From positions 57,816,430 to 57,880,429 of the forward strand of contig NC_090399.1 of the NCBI RefSeq assembly GCF_036365525.1: a stretch of DNA of 64,000 nt, read 5' to 3'. The notes under the pieces are model-generated. The model did no database searches and was not told where the DNA came from. It saw nothing but the letters and a program-made list of their open reading frames with translations. A program made the position numbers and the translations under genes. The stretch comes from Heterodontus francisci. Taxonomy: Eukaryota. Shown here piece after piece: positions 63,700-64,000 of this stretch (its first letter is position 1; every line of letters begins with the position of its first letter).

Positions 63700-63960
63700 C
63701 ACCCGTCTGGTTGGTCCGGTTTAAGGCGGTCTGAATATTGGTCTGTCCAATGTGCTCCGAACTCCGCAGGATCTGTGTCTGCTGTTCCCAGTACTCAGGG
63801 CCCTGACTCTCCGCCATCCACTGCTGCCGAGAGATTACTTCCTGAAGATTGCTGTCGTAGTAATCAATCGTAGCATCGTCCACATAACCGACGGCCACAA
63901 ACTCTGGCAGACCAGGAATCGGGGTCATTGCCGTGTAGAAATACCGGAGAGAGTGAGATC
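63700..63960 (-). CDS. UAA: MHC class I heavy chain, alpha1 domain exon (exon 2; leader exon outside window)
   Basis: Translates (G)SHSLRYFYTAMTPIPGLPEFVAVGYVDD...EYWEQQTQ...LNRTNQTG. Acceptor tgtttcAG at 63961-63962, donor GTGAG at 63699; 261 nt, phase 1/1. Y7, Y59, R84 and the N86 sequon are present. The UAA symbol rests on recalled similarity to shark classical class I and is less certain than the class I call. Confidence 0.96.
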
Positions 63961-64000
63961 CTGAAACACAGAAAGACATCAGGCATGAACCCCAAAACAC

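Overview
Vertebrate genomic DNA, most likely elasmobranch (shark), judged from the class I protein sequence and the V-SINE/CR1/Penelope-derived repeats. One host gene is supported: an MHC class I heavy-chain gene on the minus strand. Six coding exons splice in frame through phase-1 GT-AG introns: alpha1 63700-63960, alpha2 56405-56677, alpha3 55551-55826, TM 47483-47608, cyt1 46334-46369 and cyt2 45990-46037. They give a ~339-aa mature chain that keeps all classical peptide-anchoring residues (UAA-like). The leader exon and promoter lie beyond the right edge, and a probable 3' UTR exon runs to a polyA signal near 42922. The rest is repeats: many CR1 fragments, an RTE LINE, a single-ORF APE-RT LINE family with a related SINE, Tx1-like LINE fragments, and a degenerate Copia (GalEa-like) element with both LTRs and a tRNA-iMet PBS. 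There are also a degenerate Gypsy element, a hAT fossil, MITEs, V-SINEs, Penelope-derived short elements carrying minimal hammerhead ribozyme motifs, a 10.6-kb 54-bp satellite with higher-order structure and several minisatellites. Exon boundaries were read base by base; most repeat boundaries are approximate. No database search was run.
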